NCBI GenBank assembly: GCA_965226495.1
Contig: OZ245365.1
Location: 2,336,001 to 2,400,000, forward strand
Direction of reading: 5' to 3'
Length of the DNA stretch: 64,000 nt
From: Candidatus Marinacidobacterales bacterium
Lineage (GTDB): Bacteria; Acidobacteriota; Vicinamibacteria; Marinacidobacterales; DATDRI01
Shown: positions 26,487 through 35,923 of the stretch, one piece after another
How positions within the stretch are numbered: the stretch's first letter is position 1
Layout of the letters: every line of letters begins with the position of its first letter
The notes under the pieces: model-generated
What the model was told of the DNA's origin: nothing
Database searches by the model: none
What the model saw: only the letters and a program-made list of their open reading frames with translations
Made by a program: the position numbers and the translations under genes

Positions 26487-28396
26487 TGGCGAGTCTCCTC
26501 CGAGTGGCGGCACGTCTCGCGGCCGATACCGCTCTTGCCGTGCTTATCGTTGTCGGAGTCTTCCGACCGCAGCTTCCCGACGCGTTGAAGGCCCATTGGG
26601 TTACCGTTGTCGTCTTCCTGGGGGTCACGGCTGCGGTCCTAAGGTTGATCGAAGCTCGCAAACAAAGACACCAGGGCCAAAAGGATCCGTTCCCATTGGT
26701 GCTGGGCGCCGTCTTCGCGCTCACCTTGGTCGCTTTGTACATCCAACCTCAGCGCGTGGCGAGCGACGGCGTGCACTATTTTGCGACTCTACGCTCGATC
26801 GTCGTGGACGGGGATCTGGATTTCGAGAACGAGTACCGCATTCTCGGCGCCCAAGAAGGGTACTTTCTCCCAACCGAAACCGGCCGGTTACCCAACAACT
26901 TTAGCGTCGGCCCTGCGCTCTTATGGAGTCCGACGTATTTATTAGTTCACGGCCTCGGGCACATTGGCCTCTTCCGTCCGACCGGCATCGGGTATCCGTA
27001 CTTCACCGCCATCTCCACTGTGACGGCGTTCGGTGGTTTTCTCGGAGTCTTGTGGCTATACGGCTTGGTACGCGTGTACTTTGAGCCTTCGGTGGCATTC
27101 AGCGCGTCACTGCTCATCTGGATGGGAACTTTTCATTTTTGGTACATGGTTTTCGAGCCTTCGATGTCTCACGCGTTCGGCATGGCTACCGTCACGGGAT
27201 TCTTACTCTTGTGTCACCGCCTACCGAAAAACCGTAGGGATTACGCCCTTCTGGGTCTTTCGGCAGGACTGGTCGCCTTGGTCCGTTGGCAAAATATCGT
27301 CTTCTTACCGGTGGGACTGGTCTTTGCTTGGAGGGGGGTTTGGAAAAAGGAGGGGTGGCCCAAGTGGCGGGAGCTTTCCGTTGTCGCGGGAACGGCGCTC
27401 GCGGCGTTCTTGCCGCAACTGATTTTCTGGAAGTTGATCTATGGCCATTTCGTTCTCGTGCCTCAGGGCGGCGGTTACATGGGTTGGACATCGCCCGAGC
27501 TCGAAGCCGTCCTCTTCTCGTCTCGTCACGGATTGCTTTCCTGGTCTCCGCTACTTTGGTTGGGAGTGCTAGGGTTGGTTGGTTTCACGCGGAGGGCTCC
27601 CGTCTTGGCGGGTGGGTTACTCGCCGCTCTGGCAGTGACGCTTTACGTGAATGCGGCGGTCCACGATTGGTGGGCCGGTGCTTCCTTCGGTGCACGGCGG
27701 TTCGATGGCGCGTTGGGGGGTTTTGGATTAGGGCTGGCGATGTCGATCGAATGGCTCGTACCGCGAATCCGGAAACATGCGCTCCTTGCGCTTTCTCTAG
27801 CACTCACGCCGTTTTTGGTCTGGAATCTTTCCCTGATGGGAGTTTATTCGCGAGGTGCGATTCCGATGGATGGTCCCGTTTCGTTTCGGTCTGCGGCCGG
27901 AGACGCGACGGAGCTCATCTATCGCTTGACGGGGTATCCTTTTTCTTGGCCTGCTGCGCTTTTTGAGCGGTATCGAAGCGGTGCCCCGATGGCTGTTTAC
28001 GATCTCGCGGGCGCCAAATACCTATCGAACAATGTCGAAATTCGAATGGGGGACACCGATGCGTTGCATTTGGGGCGAGGTTGGTCCCTGCCACAGCGAA
28101 AAAGAGGGCACACCGTACGTGAGGTGGGACGGGACGGAGCCTCAATCTATGTGGCCTTGCGAGAATCGGCTCCTTATCGACTGAAGCTCGAGGGGCGGTC
28201 GGAGGGACCACTGTCTCTGTCCTTTGGCACACATGTCTTGGGGAACGTGGATCTGGGAGCGCGTGGAGAGGGCGCGGAAGTTTCTGTGCCTGCGGAAGCC
28301 GTCGTCACAGGAATCAATGAGCTGATCCTCCTGCCGGCGGCGGGCTCGAGTGCCTGGGTCTCGCGTTTGTCCATGGTGCGTCCGGGCGATCCCTAA
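26483..28396 (+). CDS. multi-pass membrane protein, putative GT-C fold glycosyltransferase with C-terminal soluble domain
   Basis: ASDGVHYFA.LRS...DGDLDF.NEY loop, LFSSRHGLLSWSP, DWWAGASFGARRF. Confidence 0.65.
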   Translation: MMASLLRVAARLAADTALAVLIVVGVFRPQLPDALKAHWVTVVVFLGVTAAVLRLIEARKQRHQGQKDPFPLVLGAVFALTLVALYIQPQRVASDGVHYFATLRSIVVDGDLDFENEYRILGAQEGYFLPTETGRLPNNFSVGPALLWSPTYLLVHGLGHIGLFRPTGIGYPYFTAISTVTAFGGFLGVLWLYGLVRVYFEPSVAFSASLLIWMGTFHFWYMVFEPSMSHAFGMATVTGFLLLCHRLPKNRRDYALLGLSAGLVALVRWQNIVFLPVGLVFAWRGVWKKEGWPKWRELSVVAGTALAAFLPQLIFWKLIYGHFVLVPQGGGYMGWTSPELEAVLFSSRHGLLSWSPLLWLGVLGLVGFTRRAPVLAGGLLAALAVTLYVNAAVHDWWAGASFGARRFDGALGGFGLGLAMSIEWLVPRIRKHALLALSLALTPFLVWNLSLMGVYSRGAIPMDGPVSFRSAAGDATELIYRLTGYPFSWPAALFERYRSGAPMAVYDLAGAKYLSNNVEIRMGDTDALHLGRGWSLPQRKRGHTVREVGRDGASIYVALRESAPYRLKLEGRSEGPLSLSFGTHVLGNVDLGARGEGAEVSVPAEAVVTGINELILLPAAGSSAWVSRLSMVRPGDP

Positions 28397-28527
28397 GTTT
28401 TCGCGTTGTGGCTCGGTTGCATCGAGAGAAGGCTTTATGATATTTTTACTTATAAGCCCTTGCGCTACCGTAACTTTCTTCCCAGCCACAACTTAGCCGA
28501 TATAACCTATGACAGGAGAGGTGTTTC

Positions 28528-28800
28528 ATGCCGGAGAGCTCCGATGCAGTAAAAGAAGCCCTATTACAGGAGAACGAGGAGTTTCAGCGACTGGCCAAGA
28601 AGCATCAGGAACTAGAAGAACGGCTCATATTTCTGTCTGGCAAGATTTTCTTGAGCAACGAAGAGAAGCTCGAAGAAGTCACGCTCAAGAAGAAAAAGCT
28701 CGCACTAAAAGATAAGATGGCATCCTTGATTCGTGAGCACCAAGGCCATGAGACACCGGGGCATGGAGAGGCAGGTCACGCACGACCCGCCCCTGCTTAA
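28528..28800 (+). CDS. DUF465/YdcH-family coiled-coil protein
   Basis: 'EFQRLAKKHQELEERL...LKKKKLALKDKM'; GAGG RBS. Confidence 0.8.
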   Translation: MPESSDAVKEALLQENEEFQRLAKKHQELEERLIFLSGKIFLSNEEKLEEVTLKKKKLALKDKMASLIREHQGHETPGHGEAGHARPAPA

Positions 28801-28832
28801 CCGCCAGTGTCCGTGGAGTCTAGCTGAGTCAT

Positions 28833-28862
28833 ACAGGAGCGGATTGGCTGCTCCGCTCTTGT
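28833..28862 (+). terminator. GC-rich hairpin, possible terminator or processing site
   Basis: ACAGGAGCGGA / TCCGCTCTTGT stem with one G-U pair; no clear U-tract. Confidence 0.35.
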
Positions 28863-28906
28863 CAAGTTGAGGACTGCACGAGCCACCCCCGCCACACTTG
28901 GTTGAC

Positions 28907-29530
28907 ATGAGGATCGCGCAACAGGGTTTTCCATATATCGGTATTCTCCTCGCGGTCGCGCTCGGGCTGATGCTCTATCCGCCGACCCGCCCGCTTTCCA
29001 TCCCGTTTTTCGGTCTCGCGCTCTTCGTTACGTACTTTTTCCGTGATCCGGATAGGAAACCGCCCGAGGATCCTCGCTTGTGGGTCTCTCCCGCAGACGG
29101 GAAGGTCGTTTACGTGGGACCGGAAAAAGAAGGCACTGGGGACCGCGTCCAGGTCAGTATCTTCTTGTCCATCTTTAACGTGCATATCAATCGGTCACCG
29201 GCTTCCGGCACGATCACCAACGTGCGGTATACGGCAGGGCAGTTTCTGCCCGCCTATCGAGAGCAAGCGTCATCGCACAACGAGCAAAACGAGATGGAGC
29301 TTACCGTCGACGGGTCCTTGAAAATCACGGTTCGGCAGATCGCAGGATTGGTGGCTCGTAGGATCGTGTTTTCGAAGAAGAAGGACGACCATCTAGAAAG
29401 AGGCGAACGATTCGGCTTGATTCAATTCGGCTCGCGCGTCGACGTGCTCATGCCGGCGGGAACCAAAGTCCGGCTTTCGGAAGGGCAGCACGTCAAGGGC
29501 GGCGAGTCCATATTGGCGGAGAGACCATGA
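28907..29530 (+). CDS. psd: phosphatidylserine decarboxylase proenzyme
   Basis: FFRDPDR, SPADG, SIFLSIFNVHINRSP, QIAGLVARRI, FGSRVD cleavage site. Confidence 0.95.
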   Translation: MRIAQQGFPYIGILLAVALGLMLYPPTRPLSIPFFGLALFVTYFFRDPDRKPPEDPRLWVSPADGKVVYVGPEKEGTGDRVQVSIFLSIFNVHINRSPASGTITNVRYTAGQFLPAYREQASSHNEQNEMELTVDGSLKITVRQIAGLVARRIVFSKKKDDHLERGERFGLIQFGSRVDVLMPAGTKVRLSEGQHVKGGESILAERP

Positions 29531-30303
29531 GCACTGGTAGATCGAAATCACGCCGGGGGATCTACTTCTTACCGAGTCTGCTGACGGTAGGCAATATTTT
29601 TTGTGGCTTCTACTCCATCGTGAGCAGTATGAAGGGAGACCTCGAGCTCGCGGCGATGTTGATCGGCTGGGCCATCTTGTTGGATACCCTGGATGGTCGC
29701 GTGGCACGGCTGGCCAATGCCACGAGCGAGTTCGGGAGAGAGTTCGACTCGCTCGCCGATGTCGTCTCCTTTGGAGTTGCTCCGGGGGTTCTCGCATACG
29801 TCTGGGCCCTCAACCTATGGCCGCGGGTGGGTTGGTTGGCTTGTTTTTTGTTCCTCATCTGTGGGGCCATGCGGCTGGCACGCTTCAATATTCAGAAAAA
29901 AATGGACGACAAACGCTTCTTCGTGGGAATGCCGATTCCGGCGGCAGCCAGTCTGATCGCGGCGGTGGTGTTCATGTTTTCAAGGCCCCTCGAGACATTA
30001 GGACAGGCAATTCCCATCGCCGCCCTGGTCGTGGGGTTGGCGCTCCTCATGGTGAGCAACTTGCGGTACTACAGCTTCAAGGACATCGATCTCCGAGGGC
30101 GTCATCCGTATTTGGTGATTCTTCTGCTGGCGCTGCTCTTCGTGGCGATCGGTACTCATCCCCAAGTCATGCTGCTCAGCATGTCGGTCACTTACTTGGT
30201 GAGCGGGCTCGCGCTCAAAGCTTACTCGTTCATTCGTCGCACCCATTTGGCTGCGGCACCGGAGGAGCCGCTTCCCTCGGGACCCAAGGACACGGATGTA
30301 TGA
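29527..30303 (+). CDS. pssA: CDP-diacylglycerol--serine O-phosphatidyltransferase
   Basis: DTLDGRVAR..SEFG.EFDSLADVVSFGVAP; RLARFN; FVGMPIPAA. Confidence 0.95.
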   Translation: MSTGRSKSRRGIYFLPSLLTVGNIFCGFYSIVSSMKGDLELAAMLIGWAILLDTLDGRVARLANATSEFGREFDSLADVVSFGVAPGVLAYVWALNLWPRVGWLACFLFLICGAMRLARFNIQKKMDDKRFFVGMPIPAAASLIAAVVFMFSRPLETLGQAIPIAALVVGLALLMVSNLRYYSFKDIDLRGRHPYLVILLLALLFVAIGTHPQVMLLSMSVTYLVSGLALKAYSFIRRTHLAAAPEEPLPSGPKDTDV

Positions 30304-31313
30304 AGGGCTACCGCGCTGCAGTGGTAGGTCCACTCAGCCCGTTCGGTCAGCGAGTTCGCCGGTTCATCGAAGAGGGTGACTTCCCGGCTATCGAGCTCAA
30401 GCTTTTCGACTCCACACTCGAATCGGGCGCGACGGTCACACAGTTCCAAGGTGAAGTATTGGTGACGCAACTTCTCGACGCCGATCTGTTTCCGGATCTC
30501 GACGTGATGTTCGTGGGGGAGGGCGCGGGAGAGGACGTGCTGGCGCTTGCCGCCTCCGCATCGCGAGAGGGCTTGCTCACCTTCGTTGCCGATAACGTCG
30601 GTCTCTCGGTCCCGGTCGCGGCGCATGGGTTGAACGAAAGGTTTCTTTCTGATGACGTCCGGCTGGTGGGAGTTCCCAGCACCGCCTCCATTCTGATCGG
30701 GAAGGTGCTGGATAGCATCGCCGGCTCGTTCGAGATACAGCAGGCGTTCGCCACCGTCCTGTTGCCGGCTTCCGAGCTTGGTGATCGTGCCGCCGAAGAG
30801 CTCCATCAACAGGTGGTGCAGATTCTCAACTTCGGAGCTCCGTCGACGGAGGTCTTGGGAGGGCAGCTGGCGTTCAATCTCGTCCCGCCGCCCGAGGGTA
30901 GTGGGGAGAACGCGCCGGAAAACTTGGTGGCCAGGGAAGCCGCGGAGCTCTCCGGATTGGAAGCGAACATACTTTCGGTGTCCCTCGTGCGGGCGCCGGT
31001 GTTCCACAGCTACGCTGTTTCCCTTTGGGTGGAATTAGGCGCCGAGGCGACACCGGAAAGCATCGTCGCCGCAATGGGAGAGCGAGAGTGGATCGATGTC
31101 ACTCAAGCGTTGGAACACTCTGCCGCCATTGCGACACCGGTAAGCGTCGCGGGATCGGAGAAGGTGCACGTTGGCAGCCTACGTCCGGATAGTGCCCGAC
31201 CAGGATTCTTTCGGTTGTGGGTCGTCGCGGACTCGGTGGCAGTGGACGCGGCCGCCAACTCCCTAGCCCTTGCACAAAAGCTGCTGCAGCCGGGCGGCGT
31301 TGAGGCCGGCTAA
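30300..31313 (+). CDS. Asd/Usg-like protein lacking the catalytic Cys
   Basis: ATG 30300 overlaps the pssA stop; LAFNL, VRAPVFHSY, LWVVADS; VPSTAS in place of NPNCST. Confidence 0.8.
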   Translation: MKGYRAAVVGPLSPFGQRVRRFIEEGDFPAIELKLFDSTLESGATVTQFQGEVLVTQLLDADLFPDLDVMFVGEGAGEDVLALAASASREGLLTFVADNVGLSVPVAAHGLNERFLSDDVRLVGVPSTASILIGKVLDSIAGSFEIQQAFATVLLPASELGDRAAEELHQQVVQILNFGAPSTEVLGGQLAFNLVPPPEGSGENAPENLVAREAAELSGLEANILSVSLVRAPVFHSYAVSLWVELGAEATPESIVAAMGEREWIDVTQALEHSAAIATPVSVAGSEKVHVGSLRPDSARPGFFRLWVVADSVAVDAAANSLALAQKLLQPGGVEAG

Positions 31314-31324
31314 GCCCGCTAAAA

Positions 31325-31765
31325 ATGCTCCGCTCCTATCCGACCCAACCCGGCTTCGGGGTGGGGGCAGTCGTGATCGAAAACGGCAAAGTACTTCTCG
31401 CTCGCCGCGGGCAACCACCTCTCGAGGGGCGGTGGACGCTGCCCGGAGGCATGGTCGAGCTCGGTGAGACGCTCGAGGACGCGTTGAGACGGGAAGTTCT
31501 GGAAGAGACCGGATGGACGGTTCGTGTTAGGCAGCAGCTAGCACTTTTCGACTTCATCGAGAAGGACGAGGACGCTCGGATCCGCTACCACTACGTTCTT
31601 GCCGACTTTTTCTGTGAACGGATAGAGGGCACGCTCGTCGCAGGCTCCGACGTCACCGACGTGCGATTGGTCTCGCCCGAGAAACTTTCGGAATACGAGC
31701 TCACAACTAAGGCGCTCGATGTCATTCATGACGGTCTGAAGCTTGCGGGAGCCGCTCGGCTCTGA
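31325..31765 (+). CDS. NUDIX hydrolase
   Basis: Nudix box PGGMVELGETLEDALRREVLEETG. Confidence 0.92.
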   Translation: MLRSYPTQPGFGVGAVVIENGKVLLARRGQPPLEGRWTLPGGMVELGETLEDALRREVLEETGWTVRVRQQLALFDFIEKDEDARIRYHYVLADFFCERIEGTLVAGSDVTDVRLVSPEKLSEYELTTKALDVIHDGLKLAGAARL

Positions 31766-32844
31766 CTGAAATAGGCAGGCGCGGCTTCCCGCGCACAATT
31801 CCCTGACCGTCGGTACTTGTCCATAACCTCGTTGCCGTAGTCCATCTCCGCCATGTAGAGATTGTGCGGACCACACAAAAGTCTGACATTGTTGGCACTT
31901 CGATCGCCGCCGAGCCCGTAGGGATCGTGGTGATGGAACTGCAGCCCTAGGCGCTCGGGACATCGTCTACCGCCGCTGCTCTCAAACGTGCACTGACCCT
32001 GATCGCGCTCCCACACGAAACGCCTCACAGGAGCGGGGATTCCGCGCACTCCCGGCGCGGTGTCGGCATCTTCGAGTCTCTTTCTCGGATTCTTGACTTT
32101 GCCGAGGCGCCTGGTCTCGAGTCGTTCGAGTTTCTCCGTCACGGACGCTCCGATCATGGAAGCGAGGTCGGCACCCGGCATGAGCGCCGCGAGCCGTTGG
32201 AGCTTGTCGTGAAGCTCGGCGCTCGCGGTGAACTGCACTCGGTAGCGCGCAGGCGCCAGCGGTTCGACGAACGGCGGCTTGTCAGCCGTTTCGGGAGGCA
32301 GGGCGGGCTCGGGTTCACGGGCTGGACTCTTTCCGGACGGTGTAGTTTCGGCGCCTAACGTAAGGTGCTCGCTTTCCGGCTTCTGTCGCTGCTTCGGGAG
32401 CTTCCGGATGGAGGGCGAGACATCCGGCTTCGGCGCAATCTCCGCCACCAACACCAGGAGCTCACGCTTGGACTTGTGGGTTGCTCGAGCTAAGAGCTCC
32501 TCGCAATGGGTGTCGGTAAGATGCGGCGCCAGCACCGCGATGCCGCTCAAGTGAAGACGGCCATCGTTGAGCATCGTCAGCAGCGCCGGATGTCGGCGCG
32601 ACGCACGTGCGGCGGCTATCCGTAGGTAGGCTTCTGCCTCGGACAAGTGCAACACGTCGACGCAATACTGAAACATCGATGACGATGCTTCACGGGCATA
32701 CAGTCGTCGAGCATCGACTTCGGCGATATGCGCAACGAGAACCGATTCGACACGCCGCGACTGTTTCAAAACCTTCGACAGTCGGCCAAGAAGCTCGTCA
32801 TCCGATAGTCGGGAAAGCGATTTCAATTCGTCTTTTCTGTCCAT
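31726..32844 (-). CDS. DUF222-like/HNH endonuclease protein (selfish-element type)
   Basis: 'LSDDELL...LVAHIAEVDARRLY...SSMF.YC...LSE.EAYLRI' N-terminus; C-terminal VWERDQGQC...C...QFHH..PYGLGG....NVRLLC..HN. Confidence 0.85.
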   Translation of the reverse strand: MDRKDELKSLSRLSDDELLGRLSKVLKQSRRVESVLVAHIAEVDARRLYAREASSSMFQYCVDVLHLSEAEAYLRIAAARASRRHPALLTMLNDGRLHLSGIAVLAPHLTDTHCEELLARATHKSKRELLVLVAEIAPKPDVSPSIRKLPKQRQKPESEHLTLGAETTPSGKSPAREPEPALPPETADKPPFVEPLAPARYRVQFTASAELHDKLQRLAALMPGADLASMIGASVTEKLERLETRRLGKVKNPRKRLEDADTAPGVRGIPAPVRRFVWERDQGQCTFESSGGRRCPERLGLQFHHHDPYGLGGDRSANNVRLLCGPHNLYMAEMDYGNEVMDKYRRSGNCAREAAPAYFSQSRAAPASFRPS

Positions 32845-33131
32845 ACGTCATTTATAGCATGGACTTTTTCGACGCCCCGTGCTCGCGCGTGTTGAACGCG
32901 AATGCATCGAGGCACTTTCGAAGTCTATCTAGGCAAACGAGCGTGACTATCGTTTGTTTGTCGCACGTACAGGCTCACTCCAGATCGTCTCTGCGGTATT
33001 TTTCATATCGCCGCGAATAAGCTGTCAAGAAAAAAGTGAATTATTTTTCTCGGCGATCTTTAGCCTTGCAGAGCCGTGCACTCCATCTGGACCGAAGTTG
33101 CCATGGCGTGACCGGCTTACATTGCGGCTGC

Positions 33132-33258
33132 AGTAAACGCGCCGTGCGCGAGTGCGACGGGAGCCAATGGACGTTTGTGGATTCACACGCTACGAGCGCG
33201 ACCGACTTGAGTTCCACCACCGACAGCCCTTTGGACCACGGCGGCGACCACACCACGA
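33132..33258 (+). pseudogene. degenerate HNH-domain fragment
   Basis: Frameshifted pieces KRAVRECDGSQWTFVDS / YERDRLEFHHRQPFG / HGGDH align to the HNH motif of 31726..32844. Confidence 0.7.
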
Positions 33259-33262
33259 CTGT

Positions 33263-35860
33263 CTACTTTCTTTGGAGGCGAGTCAGCGGGACGTTCATCC
33301 GGCGGAGCAGATCTTCCAAACGTGGGTCGTCGCGCAACGGGCGGAACCAAGGATCGGTCCCGACCCAGGGAAGCATACTGTAGCGGAACTCGAACGCATC
33401 CTCCAGATGCCGGAACGCCTCATCCTTTTCCTCGAGGGCCGTGTAAACATGAGCTAGAGAGAAAGCATCCCCTGCGGTCGCGTCCTTCTGCATTTCCGCC
33501 AGTATCCTCCGCGCCTCGTTCCCCATGCCGGCCTGTGCGTAGGCGACCCCTAGTCCGTCTCGCAGGGGAGAAAAGATCCCGGTCGCTTTTTTGTGCGCCG
33601 CGATAGCCTCTTCATACATTCCTTTTCCTGCAAGGGCCAGCCCCAGAGTGTAGTGTCCTACCGGAAAATTCGGATTCATCTCTAGCGCCTTGCGGGCTTC
33701 CTCGAGGGCGTCATCGTATTGCCCCAGCGCCACATAATATCCTCCCAACCACGCGGTGAAGAGGGGCGATAGCGGATCGATCTCTTGGGCACGTTTCATT
33801 TCGGCGAGGGCGTCATCCCGGCGTCCCATCAGGTCGAGATACCAGCCATAGTGGTAGTGAGCCTCGGCCAAGCTTGGGTTGAGCTCCAGAGCACGCCGCA
33901 AGTCCCGTTCCGCACCTGGCCAGTCCCAATCGTAATAGAGCTTGACGTCTCCTAGGGCGAGGTAGGCTTCCGCCAGCGTGTCATCTAACTCCAGCGCCCT
34001 CAGAGCCGCTGCCTTGGCTCGTGGGAAGACCTCTTGTGGGATCGCTCCGGGCCCATGCCCCAAAATGGCGTAGCCGAGCGCGAGCCCGGCGTTGGCGAAC
34101 GGATCAGCGGGATCGTTTTCGACTGCCTCATGGAGATGACGGAGACCTTTTCGCATTCCTTCCGGTGTAGATTCGTGCAAGTAAAACATTCCTCTGAGAT
34201 AGGCTTGGTAGGATTCTGGGTTGACGGCGCGCTCAGTCGAAAGGCGGGCCTCTTCTTCGGGCGTTAGGGCTATTTCTATTCTGCGAGCGATCGATCGCGC
34301 TACATCGTTTTGGGCTACCAGCAGATTGCTGAGATTGCGCTGGTAGGCTTGCGACCAGAGTTGCTCTCCGCTGGCCGCATCGATCAGCCTCACCGTGATC
34401 CCCGCCTGCTGCCCGACGAGTTGGGCCGACCCTTCCACCACCGCTTCCACGCTCAACTGCCGTGCAATCTCCGCCAGGGGCGTATCCGTTCCCTTAAATC
34501 GCATCACCGAAGTCCGCGAAATCACCCTTAGCGCCCCGATCTTGCCCAAGTTCGTGATGAGTGCCTCAGTCATCCCGTCGGAAAAATACTCCTGCTCCGG
34601 ATCCCCCGAGACGTTCCTTAAAGGTAGAACCGCGACCGACTGAATTCCGCCAGGTCCGCCCAGAAGTCGGTCTCGAATCTCTCCCAGATTCAAAGCCACC
34701 ACGCCGAAAAGTGCAGCAAGAAAACCCACCATCGCAATCATCGCAGTCCGTCGCAGCCAGACGACGGTCAGCGCGCCGCCGACAGAATCCCGTACTTGCT
34801 CCAGCTCCTTCGCTAACTCATCCGTCGAGGCGTAGCGACCTTCGGGTTCCTTCACCAAACACCGCTCGACCGTGCGTCGAAAACTCCCCGGGAGGCTCGG
34901 ATCGAGTGGCGTCATGGGTTCGGCTTTGCCCTCGATGATAGCGGCCAGCGTTCCGGCGGCGGTGTCTCGCTTAAACGCCACCTTGCCCGTTGCCATTTCA
35001 TACAGAATCAATCCCAAGGAAAACTGATCCGAGCGATGATCCACGGACCGGCCGCTCGCTTGTTCCGGGGACATGTATTGCACCGTTCCTAGAATCGTGC
35101 CTATTTGCGTTCCCACCTTGGCCTTCGTCTCGGTCTCGGATTGGATTTCCACCGGCGGACCGGTCAGCTTGGCGAGACCAAAGTCCAGAATTTTCACAAG
35201 CCCATCGTCGGTAACCATCAGGTTCTCTGGCTTGAGATCTCGGTGCACGATCCGCGCGGCGTGCGCCTTAGCCAATCCTTCGCCAATCTGGGTGGCGATC
35301 TGTAGCAGCTTCTTGGTGGGTAGGGGAGCCTCGGCCAGAATGTCCCTCAAGGTTTCACCCTCCACATGCTCCATCGCAATGAAGGGCGTCCCTTCGTACT
35401 CTCCGATTTCGTAGATGGTAACAATGTTCGGATGGTTGAGGGCGGATGCGGAGCGCGCTTCTTGCTCGAAGCGTCTCAGCCGGTCCGGATCTGAAGTCCA
35501 CTTCTGCCGCAAGACTTTGATGGCGACATCACGGCCTAGCGTCTCGTCTCTTGCTTGGTACACTTCTCCCATTCCGCCGTGGCCCCTCTTCGCGAGGATC
35601 TTGTAATGCGAGAGAGTTTGCCCAACGAGCTGGGGTCCTTTTCCGATATCCGATGGGTGTTCTCCCAATCCGCTCGCGGGGGGTCCCTCGAGAAAGCTCT
35701 CCGCCGGTTTCCGGTAGGCGAGAAGCGAGTCGACCTCTTTTCTTAGCTCCGAAGAATCGTCGGCGCAGGCTTTATCCAGGTAGTCGTCCCTCTTGTCGGG
35801 TGGCAGCTCCAACGCGGCTTCCAGAATCGTTCGGACCTGCTGCCACCGCTCCGGCTTCAC
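33263..35860 (-). CDS. ECF-associated Ser/Thr kinase + TM + TolB-N-like + TPR
   Basis: Start GTG (KPERWQQV) by analogy to the paralogue; HRDLKPEN, DFGLAK, YMSPEQ; SVAVLPL.N...EQEYFSDGMTE; TPRs ending LRDDPR. Confidence 0.92.
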   Translation of the reverse strand: MKPERWQQVRTILEAALELPPDKRDDYLDKACADDSSELRKEVDSLLAYRKPAESFLEGPPASGLGEHPSDIGKGPQLVGQTLSHYKILAKRGHGGMGEVYQARDETLGRDVAIKVLRQKWTSDPDRLRRFEQEARSASALNHPNIVTIYEIGEYEGTPFIAMEHVEGETLRDILAEAPLPTKKLLQIATQIGEGLAKAHAARIVHRDLKPENLMVTDDGLVKILDFGLAKLTGPPVEIQSETETKAKVGTQIGTILGTVQYMSPEQASGRSVDHRSDQFSLGLILYEMATGKVAFKRDTAAGTLAAIIEGKAEPMTPLDPSLPGSFRRTVERCLVKEPEGRYASTDELAKELEQVRDSVGGALTVVWLRRTAMIAMVGFLAALFGVVALNLGEIRDRLLGGPGGIQSVAVLPLRNVSGDPEQEYFSDGMTEALITNLGKIGALRVISRTSVMRFKGTDTPLAEIARQLSVEAVVEGSAQLVGQQAGITVRLIDAASGEQLWSQAYQRNLSNLLVAQNDVARSIARRIEIALTPEEEARLSTERAVNPESYQAYLRGMFYLHESTPEGMRKGLRHLHEAVENDPADPFANAGLALGYAILGHGPGAIPQEVFPRAKAAALRALELDDTLAEAYLALGDVKLYYDWDWPGAERDLRRALELNPSLAEAHYHYGWYLDLMGRRDDALAEMKRAQEIDPLSPLFTAWLGGYYVALGQYDDALEEARKALEMNPNFPVGHYTLGLALAGKGMYEEAIAAHKKATGIFSPLRDGLGVAYAQAGMGNEARRILAEMQKDATAGDAFSLAHVYTALEEKDEAFRHLEDAFEFRYSMLPWVGTDPWFRPLRDDPRLEDLLRRMNVPLTRLQRK

Positions 35861-35919
35861 GGTGTCTGGCTCCAATTGGTGAGCAACTGGGTTACGTCGT
35901 GAGGCGGGGGTGTAGTCAT
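35857..35919 (-). pseudogene. internally deleted ECF sigma relic (20 codons)
   Basis: MTTPPPHDVTQLLTNWSQTP* matches the ECF N-terminus MTEASSNEVTQLLIDWS; its TGA overlaps the kinase GTG. Confidence 0.75.
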
Positions 35920-35923
35920 GCGT

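Noticed and set aside
29601-30299. N-terminal 233 aa of the 570-aa ORF
   Set aside because: Out-of-frame overlap with pssA; the real start is ATG 30300
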